A stretch of DNA of 64,000 bases from Histomonas meleagridis 2922-C6/04-290x (taxonomy: Eukaryota > Protista > Parabasalia), in the NCBI GenBank assembly GCA_020184695.1, contig JAANOX010000138.1, positions 1 through 64,000 of the forward strand, given 5' to 3'. Position numbers and translations under genes: made by a program. The notes beneath the pieces were generated by a model. The model worked only from the letters and a program-made list of their open reading frames with translations. It searched no databases and was not told the DNA's origin. Positions 1 through 12,629 of the stretch are shown here, one piece after another (position 1 is the stretch's first letter; each line of letters opens with the position of its first letter).

Positions 1-3000
1 CGGTGTAACTTGTTCCCGGTGCGTAACTGAAACCAGGGTGAAGCAATTTATAATAAATGATGCATGTGAAGTGAAAGTCAATTTGTTGTAAAGAAAGTCG
101 TGCACAGTCGAAAATAGTATGAGGCCTGGAATTACCTTTGCTTTTTCAGTGATCATGTTCCCGCTGTCTGGTTAGGCCAGACGACGCCCATTTCCCGCGC
201 TTTTACTTGTTCAGTCATGATGAATGACGCATATCGAGTGATCAAGCTGAAGGTGGTAGTTTTCCAGGCTTTGCATGTTAGTGATGGTAGATGACCATTT
301 CATTTTCTAATCAAAATTAGTAGCACTTATAAATCCGCCCAGTTTGATAACTGGCAATCGGCGAATGGTAAAATTCATTAAATGAATTCCGCGACGACTA
401 TTAATCACTACCTCACTTATGTCCTGTAATGGCCATTGATGTGACTAATAGCGCTTTAATTGCGCCATAGATATCAGAACGCGAAGTGAGGCATGCATTT
501 TCGTAACCGCGGCGTGGGCGTAGTAACACAAATGTATTCGTGCTGATAATGTCGAGCCAGTACATCATTCAAATCTTCGAACATTATCGAATCGGCAATC
601 ATTTACTTATGAATTTGATATGGCATTGTATTGTTAAATTGTCAGAGATATTGAGCAGGAATGTCAAAATCTGTTTGTCCTTTGTCAAAAATATCTCAAT
701 AAATTTGAAATCCTTTAGCATCTGGTATGCAATGATCTGATCATTCCCTTTCGTAGTTGGTAATGACTGACTGACTTCTACATGAAGTGTGATCTTCGTC
801 AAATGAAATCAGTACCCTTTGTATAAACGCAGCTCGAAATTTTTCGTGTGACCAATTTTGATTGATATGACATGTTGAAGTATATCATTTTCGCGTAGTA
901 AAGTAATTTTGTGATGCTGACGCTTTGGCTTGATACAAGTCTAGAATATATAACAATCTTAATTCTCCATGTGAAGCTTTTGAGGATTAAATGAATTTCC
1001 CTAATCGAATAAAATATCTTTAAGTAGAGATTATGTGAAAATCGGTGAGCTAGCATTGCCTTGAAGATAGAAATTGTGACTGAATTTGTTATTACGCGAA
1101 TTATATTAGCAGGGTGAAGGGCAAAGCGATGAAACGTAAAGGCTATGAAGCGCAATCAGGAGCCCCGCCTCTAGCTGTGAAATTTTATGAAATGACGATG
1201 TGCGAGGCATGAGAAGCAAAGTAATCAGAGTGGTATCGGCAATGAGCCTTTATTCTTCTATTACATGGGCGCGGATAGAATGTTTTTGTTATTGTAGTAA
1301 GGTGAAATGTTTGTGTGACTTCGAAAATAATAAATAGGTAAAGTATGTGACATGTTCATTTCTAGTGAAACGTCGTAATAACTTTTAATTGTTGAATTGA
1401 ATTTTAGTAGATGTCGAAATAGAAATTAATTGTGAAAAGTATGAATTTGCTTTATTTACTGTATTTTATGCATATGATAACTCTATTGTGTAAATTAAAA
1501 ACGAAATTAAGAGATTTAATTGAATTTTATTAAAAGAAAACCAAAATATTGAAGGGGAGCGATATGATATCAAGCGCTATGTGACCATTATCAATTTTGA
1601 AATTTGTAGCCAATTTGTGTTGTACCGCCCAATGTCATGAGTAATGAAGTATGAAAATGAGGCCGTGGCTCAATAACGCCGCAAGGCAAGAAAACGCAAA
1701 GAGCGAAATCAAGAAATGGGCTTTAAAAGTATGAATTTGGCTGCCTGGCTTGTCTGGTGCCCGTGAAGCCCCGAGTAAATCAGGCTAATATCAATCATCC
1801 TCAGTGACAGCTCTCTTCCAAGCCAAGAGCTTCCCTTTCAGCAATATATGAAATACTATATTATAATAGAAAGGGTGAAAAGCCAATGTTGAGGTACAAC
1901 TGACCTCATTCGAAATGAAACCTTTACAGACTTGAGATGAAAGAGAGAAAATGTGTCTGTGTCTTCGGTGTTGATTTCTCGAGGCCGAGAGAGAGCTAGG
2001 CCGGCTGCTGAGTGAAGCGCTGTGCCATTTTTCCGAAGTAAATTTCGCTCGTTAATATTGCAAAATCTATTTGTCGCCAAAAAAATTTTAAAGCTTTGTT
2101 ATTAATTACCATAAGTAAATTAATCAGATTAACATTTCTGGGTAATGGGAAAATGAGGATTTCGTTGTTTTCATTTTCATTTATTTTTTTAATTTTATTT
2201 TAATTGAGTATTATCGCAATAATAAACTGTATCATTGTCTAAAGAAATGTATTTGATGAAATAAATAATTATTGAAGGCCAATTTGTCCATTCACAATGT
2301 GTTAATTTCTTATCGACATATATTTGAAATATATTTTGCAATCTTGACGAGCTGAGTCAGTACGACTTCGAGGCCAATTCGAGAAACCCGGTATCCCGAA
2401 AGCTAGGCAAATGACAGGCGGGCGCAAATCGAGAGAAATGCGGCTTATTTAACTACGCGGGCTATGTTGCTGTTCATATTATGCGAAGCAATAACTGGTA
2501 GTCCGCTCAATGAGCTGCTGACTCAAATGAAATTAGGCTGTATCTCTCCCGAGTAGCGTGGGAAATGATTATTGTGCTGAAAACCCAGTAAGTAAAAATA
2601 ATTGAGCTCGTAGACTTCTTCGATACCTTCTGGCTTTAGAAATAAATCAAAAGTGAAATGGTATGGCTAACGGCCCAAAGAAAACATGACAAGCTTTCGG
2701 CCCAATATTATTGTGCCCGAAGATCACCGAGCGTGGCGTGAATGAGAAGCCCGACGCCCTGCCGCTAAATCATTATTCCCGCGGGTAATGGTCGTGCTGA
2801 GTAAGATCGCAATGGCTTTCCGATGTTTGAGATGATCACTTCTTTGTCGAAGTAATTTGAGAACCTTGGCCGCGAAATCCGCGGTACCGAACAAATGCTC
2901 CAATCGAATCACATTAATTCTTGTCATTGACGTGCGACCTACTTCTGTAGAATAAAGCAACCAAACCTTTCCATCACGCCCCGCATCAGCCATGAAAGTA

Positions 3001-5100
3001 TCGAAATGAAAAGCCGAAAATGAAAACTGAAATGCCGACTTTTAGGCTTGTGGCAGTATGTGTATATGAAACTTATTGTCAAGCAATCTCCATTATTCTG
3101 AGCATAATCCTAATAAAACTATTCTTGTCAGTTGCTAAATGAAAATAGTTTTCTTGTGCGATCGAGTTGTGAGAAAGCCATTCAAAATTAGGCGCAATCA
3201 TAATAGCAAATAAAAATATGATACTACCATTGCGTATCAGTTGCTGCAAATCAATCGGCTACTGGCCAGCATTGATAAACCAGTGAAGCGCTTTTAATCG
3301 CTTCGAAAGAAATCTCGAAAGTGAGCGAAGAGCGGCGAGCAAATGCCAAAGTCAAGCAAGAAAGTGATCGTATAGACAATGTCGAAAGGTATCGTAGAGG
3401 GCGTTATCATTGCGGTGACGGCTTGCAGGGGCGTGTGGCGGCGGCAAACAGAAATATTTCATAAAGAAAGAGAAGCTGGCTTTATTTATGAAATAGAGAG
3501 ATTTGAGAATGTTTGTGTTATGAAAGTGTAATAAGTAATCCCAACCTTTAGCAATGCTAGAAAAATAAATTATTTATTCTTTATGGGAAATAAGAGATTT
3601 GCAAGGCAATCTTGAAGCGGGCCGAAATGGCTATTCGAAATAGAAGCAGTACTTAATAAATAAATATTTAAAAGCCGATAATTATGCCATTAATGGAGAT
3701 TTCATGTGCGCCAAATGCTTCAATGTAGATAAAGAGTTAAATGTTATAAATAAATGCATTTCCTAAGTCTGTAGTGAATTTAAATTAATGTGTGAAAGTC
3801 GATAGGTAATTATTAAAGTATTTAGCAACATTCTATGATATTTAAGTTCAAAGTAATATTGTGTACATATTTTGAGAATGAAAACGTAGGTATGAGTTTG
3901 AACGGCTATTGTAAAGGTCACGATGTTTCTGCAATGTGTGTGTGCAAAGAAATATTCATTGAGTAATTTTAGATATATTTTAATATTTGGCTTGACTTTT
4001 CATATAGCCGATTTATAAGAAATAATAGTATGAAATGAGTAAAGTACTTTTAGATAGGGAATTACAGTATTGTCTAAAACTATTTATTTGAATAATTTTG
4101 AATCATCTTTTAATAATTTAATATACTGTTGTACTTGGGGATACTTGTTTGCATTATTCCAGTGAGAATTGTATTGCTAATCCAACTTTATGCAGTAATT
4201 GTATCATGTGCAATCATCGAAAATGCTGAAAATGCAATAACTAAATTTATATAAAGAAGCATTCAGCGTAAATAGTCAATTCTTTATTACTCTTCTTTGC
4301 GCTTTCAATCTATCAATTCTTTTGACCTTGACATTGATAATTTGCATTGAAATGCCAAATAAGTGAGTCTGTATCGACAATTGCCTGTACCACAACGCAA
4401 TTTCGACAATGCGTCGTCGGTACGGTATTTTATAGTATCTGCGTCTCAGTATACCAAACTAATCAAAATTAATCCCATGTTAGACAACTTCATACGCAGG
4501 CATGACGAGGCAAACGCAGGGTGTATTCCAATTATGAGGTTTCTATCGGCAAAGAGCCGAAACTTTGGAAGTATTGAATCGCTTGCACGTACTGGCAATA
4601 AACAGTCAAGGTAAATATTGTAGAAATAATGTCTTTAAAGAATATGGCATTGTTTGAGGTACTTGATTCATCAATAATTGCAGCGACATCATCAGGTGTA
4701 CTATTTGTTAAAACGGTATCGGCAATTGCATGACGCTTGTGCTTAGGCGTACTAGCATAAAGGCGTTTTGCTTGTGCTGCGCTTTGAAATCATCCGCTTG
4801 GTAGTATCTCAGCTTAGGTTGGGCGATGAATCAGCTGCAGCTTTAGTAACGGCTTCTGCTGATGCCATCTTTCGAGTGGGGTCAGCTTTTGTAAACAATG
4901 GCATGCAATAATAATGGGGTATAGCAGCTTGAGACAATGAATAGCAAAGGCGAAAGAGAAATGCCCAAACTTATGGCCCATGTGAAAGTAGATTAACGAT
5001 TGCGATATATTTCTGGCGGTGATTTTTGTTTCTTGATAAATGAAAGCTGGCGGTAATTAAGATATACTTTAAATAGTGTTTCTAATATGAGAATTAAAAG
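1..5100. other. ORF-poor block with raised GC/CpG; probable decayed repeat or foreign DNA, unidentified
   Basis: Visibly higher GC and CpG than the very AT-rich intergenic DNA elsewhere, but no ORF over 118 aa and no domain I recognise. A broken reading frame is visible on the minus strand at about 4270-4920. Confidence 0.3.
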
Positions 5101-5431
5101 TCCAATTGCTTCAAAACTCTCCATTTTTTGTGGTCTTCAAGACAGAAGAAAACCGTTATTTCTTTATCAAAATTTTCAATGAATAAAATTCCCGACCAGT
5201 TACTGATTCAAAATACCATGATCTGGTAGACACTTTTTAATAAATAGTCATTTCCAGCTCACATCACCCTTGTTTTTGACATAACTGCCATTTTTCTTTC
5301 AAAATCCACTTTTTGAACACCCCTTTTTGTTGATTAGGCATTTTTTATGAATAGGCAAATCACCTATGAAGCTTAATACACACCTCTTTAAGTTAGATAC
5401 TCCACATGCTTAGTATAAAGTCATTTCCTTT

Positions 5432-5719
5432 TTCAAACATCGATTTGATCAATATTTAGTTCAACCAAATTATGCTGGACTTGAACCAGGTGACAAATAA
5501 TCCATCAGATAGTATTGGTGCTATAGGATAGAACCGAATGATTTTTGCTGTTGCAGGAACATCAAGTGATTCATTGTATGGTATTTGTGAAAGTCTTTGG
5601 AGGCCAGGAATGAATCCTGATGAGGTGTAAAACAATTACTCAGTGGTTGGGGTGGAATTGTTTATATTGTAACACCAGAACAAAAAATTACGAAAGAAAT
5701 CAAAACACGTCTGGTATAA
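5432..5719 (+). pseudogene. PSMB3: Proteasome subunit beta-3 pseudogene fragment
   Basis: Manual translation across stops, frameshifts and a deletion gives FKHRFDQYLVQPNYAGLEPG..AGTSSDSLYGICESLWRPGMNPDE..SGWGGIVYIVTPEQKITKEIKTRLV*. This matches the C-terminal half of beta-3/PUP3. Confidence 0.7.
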
Positions 5720-5779
5720 ACAATTCATTTCTTTGGTAATAATTTAATGTTTACACATTACTGATTAGATTGTCTTTAA

Positions 5780-5935
5780 GAAGGCAAAAATTTTCATCAG
5801 ATCTAATCTCTAAGTGATTGAACTAATTGGTGTCAAATATTATTAAAAAATATTCTAAATCATTAAAATAAATCCACAATTATTAAAACATATATCAAAT
5901 TATTAAAACATATTCCAAGTGAATACTTTTGCATT
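5780..5935 (-). pseudogene. Orphan ankyrin-repeat remnant with a 20-nt-unit spacer
   Basis: Minus strand reads NAKVF, then an 87-nt spacer (5834-5920) of about four TATGTTTTAATAATTT-type 20-mers, then TPI and a degenerate helix. Confidence 0.4.
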
Positions 5936-6030
5936 AGTAAAAAGTAAAGTGTTTATCTAATATGACATATTAGAAAAATATTTTACTAATTCATTAAAAT
6001 ATATTGTCCTTCGGGATAGCTAATGCTTGG

Positions 6031-6696
6031 TCATAGTCCATACTTTGTCTTGTACGCTTCTAACGCTTTCTGAATGATCTTTCTTGCTTGACTATTTCCA
6101 AGTGGCTTGAATGTCTTAACTTTCTTTCTTTCCAAAGTTTTGTAATCGTTAAAGAATTGGTTTATCATTAATAACTTGAAAGGAGGTAATTCTGAGATAT
6201 CATAATATATGTTATATTCAGGGTCAGTAGCTGCAACAGCAATGATTTTGTCGTCTGCTTCACCTCCATCGTTCATTGGCATTACGCCAATAGGTCTAAC
6301 TCTCATTATTGATAATGGGGGAACTGATAATTGGCAAAGAACCAGAATATCCAACGGATCATTATCTTCTGCTAAAGATTGAGGAACAAACCCATAGTTT
6401 GCTGGATAGATTACTGATGAATGTAAAACCCTATCAACTTTCAATAATCCTGATTGTTTATCAAGCTCTGTTTTAATTCTAGACAAAGCCGGAATTTCAA
6501 TTACAGCTCGAATTTCATCATCGTTAAGGCCTTTATATGGAACAGCATGCCACGGATGGCATATCATTTTAGTACGTTTGTAAATTGGATATTTAGGTGC
6601 ATTTGGAAGATGAGGTCCTTCACTGGTGGGTTGAGTTTTTTCTTTTTCTTGTGTGGTAATTTCTTCTTCCTCGTCATCCACGATTTCTACTGACAT
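6031..6696 (-). CDS. Soluble inorganic pyrophosphatase (family I)
   Basis: HPWH, K-x-E, YPANYGFVPQSLAEDNDPLDILVL and DDKIIAV motifs; intact 221-aa ORF with ATG. Confidence 0.95.
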   Translation of the reverse strand: MSVEIVDDEEEEITTQEKEKTQPTSEGPHLPNAPKYPIYKRTKMICHPWHAVPYKGLNDDEIRAVIEIPALSRIKTELDKQSGLLKVDRVLHSSVIYPANYGFVPQSLAEDNDPLDILVLCQLSVPPLSIMRVRPIGVMPMNDGGEADDKIIAVAATDPEYNIYYDISELPPFKLLMINQFFNDYKTLERKKVKTFKPLGNSQARKIIQKALEAYKTKYGL

Positions 6697-6834
6697 TGTA
6701 AAAAAATTTATAAAAAATTGATGAATACGTAAACGGTTTTATACAAACAATTCAATGAATAAACTTTTTGGCGGATGAACATAAAATGTGCCAATTTCGG
6801 GGTGCCCTTAAACAAGCGGTTGGAACCAAACCAA

Positions 6835-7704
6835 ATGAGCAGCAACGAATCAGTAGTGAGAGAATTTATAGATATAACAGGTGTTTCACCAACAGTCGCA
6901 AGGCAAATGTTAGAATCTGCAAATGGTAATTTAGAAGTTGCAATTAATCTTTTCTATAATGATCAATCATCATTTCAGCCTGCACCACATCCCGCACCTT
7001 CACCAAGACCTGCACCAACGCCAAAACCTACACCAAGGCCTGCACCACAACCTACTCAACCAAATCAAGATTCTAGACAAATTATTGATGATATCTTTCA
7101 TCATGCAAATCATCAGCAAACACAACCTGAAGACCCACCTAATACTAAGGTTGATAAAGTCAAGGTAACATTTTGGAAGAATGGATTTCAAGTCAATGAT
7201 GGGGAACTTCGTCTTAACGAAGATCCGGCCAACCATGAATTTCTCCAATCCATATCACGCGGTGTTATTCCACGTGAGCTTTACAAACCTGGATCAGAAG
7301 TTGATGTTGAGATTGAAGATAATCGAGAAAAGAATTATGTTGAAAAACCTAAGCCAAAAGATCCATGGAGCGGAACAGCACATAAGCTTAACGATGGACC
7401 ATCTGCTCCCACACAGCAAGTCAGCAATGCACCACTTAAACCCACAAAAACGAATTATGCCGATCCAGATCTACCATCGACCAAAGTCCGCATTCAACTT
7501 CCGAACGGAATCATTGTCCTCTCCGTAAATATGAATGCCACAGTTGGTGACCTGAAGAGATATGTTATCGAAAATGATCCACAATTGCGCGGAAAGAGAT
7601 TACAACTATCTGTGCAATTCCCCCCGAGAGTCCTTAGCGAAGACTTCAAAACAGTTGCCGAGGAAAACTTGAAAATGACACAATTAAAGTTGACAGTTCT
7701 CTAA
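6835..7704 (+). CDS. p47/Shp1-like p97 cofactor (UBA-like, SEP and UBX domains)
   Basis: N-terminal FIDITG..ARQMLESANGNLEVAINLF, SEP domain (VTFWKNGFQVNDGELR..FLQSISRGVIPREL) and C-terminal UBX (TKVRIQLPNG..FPPR). First real ATG is at 6835. Confidence 0.9.
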   Translation: MSSNESVVREFIDITGVSPTVARQMLESANGNLEVAINLFYNDQSSFQPAPHPAPSPRPAPTPKPTPRPAPQPTQPNQDSRQIIDDIFHHANHQQTQPEDPPNTKVDKVKVTFWKNGFQVNDGELRLNEDPANHEFLQSISRGVIPRELYKPGSEVDVEIEDNREKNYVEKPKPKDPWSGTAHKLNDGPSAPTQQVSNAPLKPTKTNYADPDLPSTKVRIQLPNGIIVLSVNMNATVGDLKRYVIENDPQLRGKRLQLSVQFPPRVLSEDFKTVAEENLKMTQLKLTVL

Positions 7705-8149
7705 ACAATTGATTAACGACTTGATTATCTGTGAAAAATAACAGCTAAATGATATGTGGAAAAGGTTAAAAATTTTGTTGTTGTCATTTTATGCTATTTT
7801 CAAATGTAAATATAGCCATACTTTTTGAATTGAATTTATAGAAGGTCATGAAGAACCTTGAAATGATATCATGTTGTAATTACGAAATCTATAAAAAGAT
7901 ATACAAAAAAGAAGAAAATATTCCAAATGGAATTGAACCATTTAATCTTTTTTAAAATTTATGATTTCTCTCTAGCAAGCTCTGAATTTGGCCAAATGCT
8001 TAAACATTTAAGTATAAAGCAAATCATTTTAAAATGGAAAATATTCGACAAAAAAATAACGAATCTGACTTTTTTTTTCGAAAAGTTGAACATACGTCAA
8101 GACAGAACAAAATGTAATGATGCTGTTAGAAAAATGATTAAATGCAATA

Positions 8150-9121
8150 TCAATAGGAGTTCTGTGTGATGATACCAAATTGATTAAAGATATTTGCCCG
8201 ATCATTTGTATAAGTAATAATCATACTTTTGTCAGCGAAAACGTTAGAAGAAGCATGATTAAATGCAAGTTGAATACTTTGATCTTCAGTAATATTTTCT
8301 TGATGAAAACTTGATCTTAACATTGCTTGATGAACGTCAGATAAATGTCCATCATTTGTCATTTTAGATACTTCATCAAGTAAATTTCTAAATTGTTCTT
8401 GACTTGGATCATTCTGACGCATTAATTTTTTCGAATGGATTGGTATAAAACCATCAAATCCAGTAATGTGCATAAATTGTTCAGCACATTCAGATATGTC
8501 ATCATGAGTATGAGTTACTGCTGGTACTTGTGATGGATCACCAAGAAAAATAACTATTTTCTTTGCAAATGGGATTTGAATATGATTTCCTGTATAACCA
8601 CATAAATCTATTAATTTTTTAGATACAGCATTTATTACTGATCTATCTAACATTGTTACTTCATCTACAATAATTACATTGACTCGTGAAATTGCGAGTC
8701 CATGATGTGTAGAAATATTTAAGATACTAACAGGACCGTCAGGTGACATTTAAATAGGAAATGCACTATGGAATGTAATACCATTAATTGATAAAGTCGC
8801 AATTCCTGTTGAGGCTGTTGTAATGAAACTATGTGATCCAGATACACAGAATTTTTGTATAATATTAATTAAAAAACTTTTACCTGTTCCAGCTTTGCCA
8901 TAAATAAATAATCTAGAATCATTTCCATTATTATTAATAAATGCATCTACAATCATATTAGAAGCTGAAGGTTGTTCTGAATTAAGTTTACTAATATCAG
9001 CATTCAAATTTCTAGCTGCTATTTTTTGATTAATAGAATAATCCAAACCGATTAATTCTTTAATCTCATTAGTATTATCATTTTCTATTGGATGAGTATG
9101 ATTGTTCAAAGATTCTAACAT
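8150..9121 (-). pseudogene. PIF1-family helicase, split by one in-frame stop and C-terminally truncated
   Basis: ORFs 8750-9121 (Walker A GKAGTGKS) and 8150-8749 (Walker B IIVDE, GDPSQ) are in the same frame, separated only by TAA at 8750-8752. Confidence 0.85.
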
Positions 9122-10250
9122 ATTGAATTGATTTAATAATTATTGTTAAATTGATTTATTCGTTGAGGAATTGTTGTTGAGAATTCATTTGATAATTGTT
9201 CAATACCTAATATATTTGAAGATCGTTTTATCATTCATATATTTCTAGCAATTTCTCCAGGTGAATATCGATTTGAATTAATCATGTAATTAATATACAT
9301 TATGAAGAATTGATCAATTTCAGAATAATTAGAATCAGTAAAAATACCATGGAATTTAGAAGCTTCTTCATAATAATCAAAATCACATATAATTTCTTTA
9401 TCTGAACGCCAACATCCTGCAGAAAATAATAAATGAGAACAATAATGTTTTCGATTTGAATTCAAATTATATTTGTATAAACCCACTATTGCATATTTTC
9501 TACTTCTAATAACAACTAATTGTTTTGCATTGACTAAATTTAGATCAAAATATATTGGCATAGGTGTTAATATTTCTTCATGTAATCCAAATTGATCTAA
9601 ATAAGAAAAATTATCATCATTTCTATTTAATATATTTGGAGGTCTAATACGATTGAAATCTGGTGGGTCACCTTGCCATTTTATACCACTTGTATCAATT
9701 TTGATCTCATACCAAGACCAAAGATCAGCAAAACCAATTTTTTCAAGTTCTGAAGTTATATTAAAATATATTTGTACTGGATCCATTCGAATTTGATTAC
9801 CTGAACTATCATATGAAGCATTTCGTAATTCAGGAGGTGCACCACTTTGATGAATGCATTTTGTATCATGAATACAAAATTTCAAGCATTATATCCTTTA
9901 AATGCATTTTTCTGATGAAACTACACGTGCATGAATTTGTGCAAAACTGAATCATCAACAGATAAATTTACATTATATGATGGTTCAGGTTTCGTATTAT
10001 ATTTTAATACATAATGACCTGTAGAAGTAATCTTATCAGGGTTTTCAGCTGTTTTTTGATAACATTAGATATACATAACCTTTCCGAAGTAATATATAAG
10101 GGGTTAATATTCGACAACTCTTTTTTCTTCTTCACTTCTTTTTAAATGATATTGTCCATTAGAATCTAATGTTGTTGTAATACATGAAGGTTTAATGAAA
10201 TTATATTTACAATTTTGATGATTTGGATTTTTGAAACAACAAGTAATATG
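8150..10250 (-). mobile_element. Decayed Helitron-like rolling-circle transposon (Rep C-terminal half plus PIF1 helicase N-terminal half)
   Basis: Across stops and frameshifts: CCFKNPKSSK..KYNFIKP..YHLKR..VVEY.P; YVLKYNTKPE (Rep tyrosine motif, 9990-10013); ARVVSSE; HYCSHLLFSAGCWRS; then PIF1 motifs GKAGTGKS, TASTGIA, IIVDEVTM, FLGDPSQVPAV, TYTN. No termini found. Confidence 0.75.
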
Positions 10251-11229
10251 AGATAAAAAAAATCGATAAATGTATCATAAGTCAGTATTTTAAAAGATAA
10301 TTTGCAAATTGCATTTGTATTGATATTTATTAAATAAGGTTAAACATTTTGCTAAAATAGGTAAATAAAAATAAATAAATAAACAAAAAAAAATCATCAA
10401 ATGAATTCAATGATCAGAAATCGTTTTGTTCATAAAAAATATTTAGACCATACCAAGATATATCAAGAATGGACTCATACAGAAACTTTTTTATTGTTTA
10501 TAAATGATTAATCAGGTTAAATTTGTACATCATTAAGGTATTACCAAAATTATCACATCATTCATTTTTTCAATAAATTCATAAATTTAAGAAAATCAAG
10601 ATTTCATATAATTATTTGGAATAAATAACAAATCACGATTCTATGATAAAATATCAATATTTTTATTTTTTAACAAACCAAGAATCATTTAATTTGGCTG
10701 TTGACAAATTACAATGATGTAAACATTTTTTCGAGGAAAGGGTAAAATTTTGATAATATTTACCATCATTCAAATTCGCTCATATCGTCACTTATCGTTG
10801 CTGCTATCGTTTGATATAAATCATGCAAAAGTCGATTTTTGTCACTTTTTGGAATGATAGAATAGATTTATCTCGTGCTAATCATAATATTATTCGTAGA
10901 TTTATATTAATCATAGATGTAACTATGTATATATATTATATATTTATGATATCAAGATCGTAGGATGATCGCTATATACGATGGGTGGAAATCGCAAGTC
11001 GAGTTTAATATATGGTGTTAATAGATACTACTCTTCAAGTTTCCTTGAAGTGTCACTTTCCAGAAATAAATAATTTCAAATTTAATAAGAAATTTTATTA
11101 AATGATTGATATTTTTCTTAGGAATCTTAATAATCTTCACTAAATCCAGTGCGAACCGAATGTTTTTAATTTCAAGAAATTTTATAATAATAATTCTAAT
11201 ATAGTTAGTGCAAACTTTTTTTAAATTTT

Positions 11230-11339
11230 AATATATAGATACTTGGAAATTATTTAATTTAAAACAGCTTATGAGAACAATTTCAAATGATCGAACAAAA
11301 TTAGTTAAATTACTTATTGGTGCTGATAAAAATTCTTGA
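11230..11339 (+). pseudogene. Orphan ankyrin-repeat remnant
   Basis: Spacer 3' motif ATACTTGGAAATTATTTAA followed by ACAGC and a degenerate MRTISNDRTKLVKLLIGADKNS*. Confidence 0.4.
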
Positions 11340-11453
11340 ATTTGTAAAATATCTGGAGACAATATGAATAGAGATCAAAGCAACGAATTCTGCATATACG
11401 CACTTTTATATTAAAAAACGTTATATAAAAAATAGATTTAATAAATAAATAAA

Positions 11454-12629
11454 TTAAAAAGCCAAAAGTAAATTATTGAGATTTGCATCAAATCTTCTGA
11501 AAGTAAGAGCGCCAATCATAAAGAACACAATACCGAGGATGAGTGACAATGGGAGAGCTGGGAGAGGTCTTTTCAGCCATGCTAAAATTAATAATGTTAA
11601 TGAAAGTCCCAAAATAACAGCAAAAATACAAAGAATAGTCAAATCCCATCCTTGCCTTGCTGCTCTTGTTATAAGGATACCATAAAAACAAAAGTCACCT
11701 AAACCAAGTCGAACACCATCGCGTTCTTTCTTTGGCGGTGGCGGAAGAACAAACGATTCCTCCGGCGGTTGTGGAACGATATGGGGAACGTTAAGATTTT
11801 GATGCTCTTCGTTTTGAGTTTCGTCACGATGACTCTCGTTGTTCTGAGCCGAAGATCTGGAGGAAGAAGATGAGGATGAAGATGGCTGAGATTCTGATTC
11901 TTGGCTTTCATCAGATTCATCTGATTCATTATGCTCTGGCATATGATAAGCAGCTGAAGCATAGACAAGAGCTGGAATCTCATCGCCTCTTTCTTCGGAT
12001 TTTTTGATGAGCATATTCAAAAGACCAAACGGACAAAGAACAACACAACAATCATAGATAACAAGAAGCGCAAGAAGCACCCAAACAGTCCAATCGGGAA
12101 GAGAAAGAAAAACAATAGCAATAAGAACTGATATGAAAATTAAAATTATCTGTGTAACAATTTGAGGAGCTCTCCAAAATATGGACATATTACCAACAAC
12201 AACAAGGTTGAGGATAAAGATGGCACCGGAAAGGTAATCTGTTGGTATATTTAGAACTGCTGGAATTTGAGAAAATGTTTGATAAACATAATATGAAAGA
12301 ATAAGAGTAACTGCAATAATCATCCAAACATAAATAACTTTTGTGCATCCGTGATAATAACAAAGGAGTAAAATTGCTGTAACAACAATTATGCCTCCAA
12401 TTAATCCTAGTGCAAGATAAATTGAAGTTGCTGTGTCTAAACCAAGATTATTTGAAACCATTGTTTGTGAAAAAGATCGATCGTATGATGTAGATCCATG
12501 CGTATTTTCGATAACCCGAGTTAAAATAACATCGAGAATTAATGTTATGATGACAGGAATTGCTATTTTTATGACCCGATATGATTGGTCTTCAAGATAT
12601 TCTGTAGGGTCTTCTTTATCTGTTTTCAT
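11454..12629 (-). CDS. Presenilin (gamma-secretase GxGD aspartyl protease)
   Basis: Multi-TM protein with catalytic YD (VIYDCC), GLGDF and PALP motifs, and a Ser/Glu-rich loop between the two Asp-bearing helices. Confidence 0.95.
   Translation of the reverse strand: MKTDKEDPTEYLEDQSYRVIKIAIPVIITLILDVILTRVIENTHGSTSYDRSFSQTMVSNNLGLDTATSIYLALGLIGGIIVVTAILLLCYYHGCTKVIYVWMIIAVTLILSYYVYQTFSQIPAVLNIPTDYLSGAIFILNLVVVGNMSIFWRAPQIVTQIILIFISVLIAIVFLSLPDWTVWVLLALLVIYDCCVVLCPFGLLNMLIKKSEERGDEIPALVYASAAYHMPEHNESDESDESQESESQPSSSSSSSSRSSAQNNESHRDETQNEEHQNLNVPHIVPQPPEESFVLPPPPKKERDGVRLGLGDFCFYGILITRAARQGWDLTILCIFAVILGLSLTLLILAWLKRPLPALPLSLILGIVFFMIGALTFRRFDANLNNLLLAF

Noticed and set aside
2724-2993. 89-aa ORF with LEHLFG resembling the P-transposase motif
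   Set aside because: The other transposase motifs are not found at the expected distance; a single short match is not enough.
5006-5027. TATAT..TGGCGGTGATTTTT similar to the transposon inverted repeat
   Set aside because: Only a 10-nt core matches and there is no partner arm or transposase nearby.
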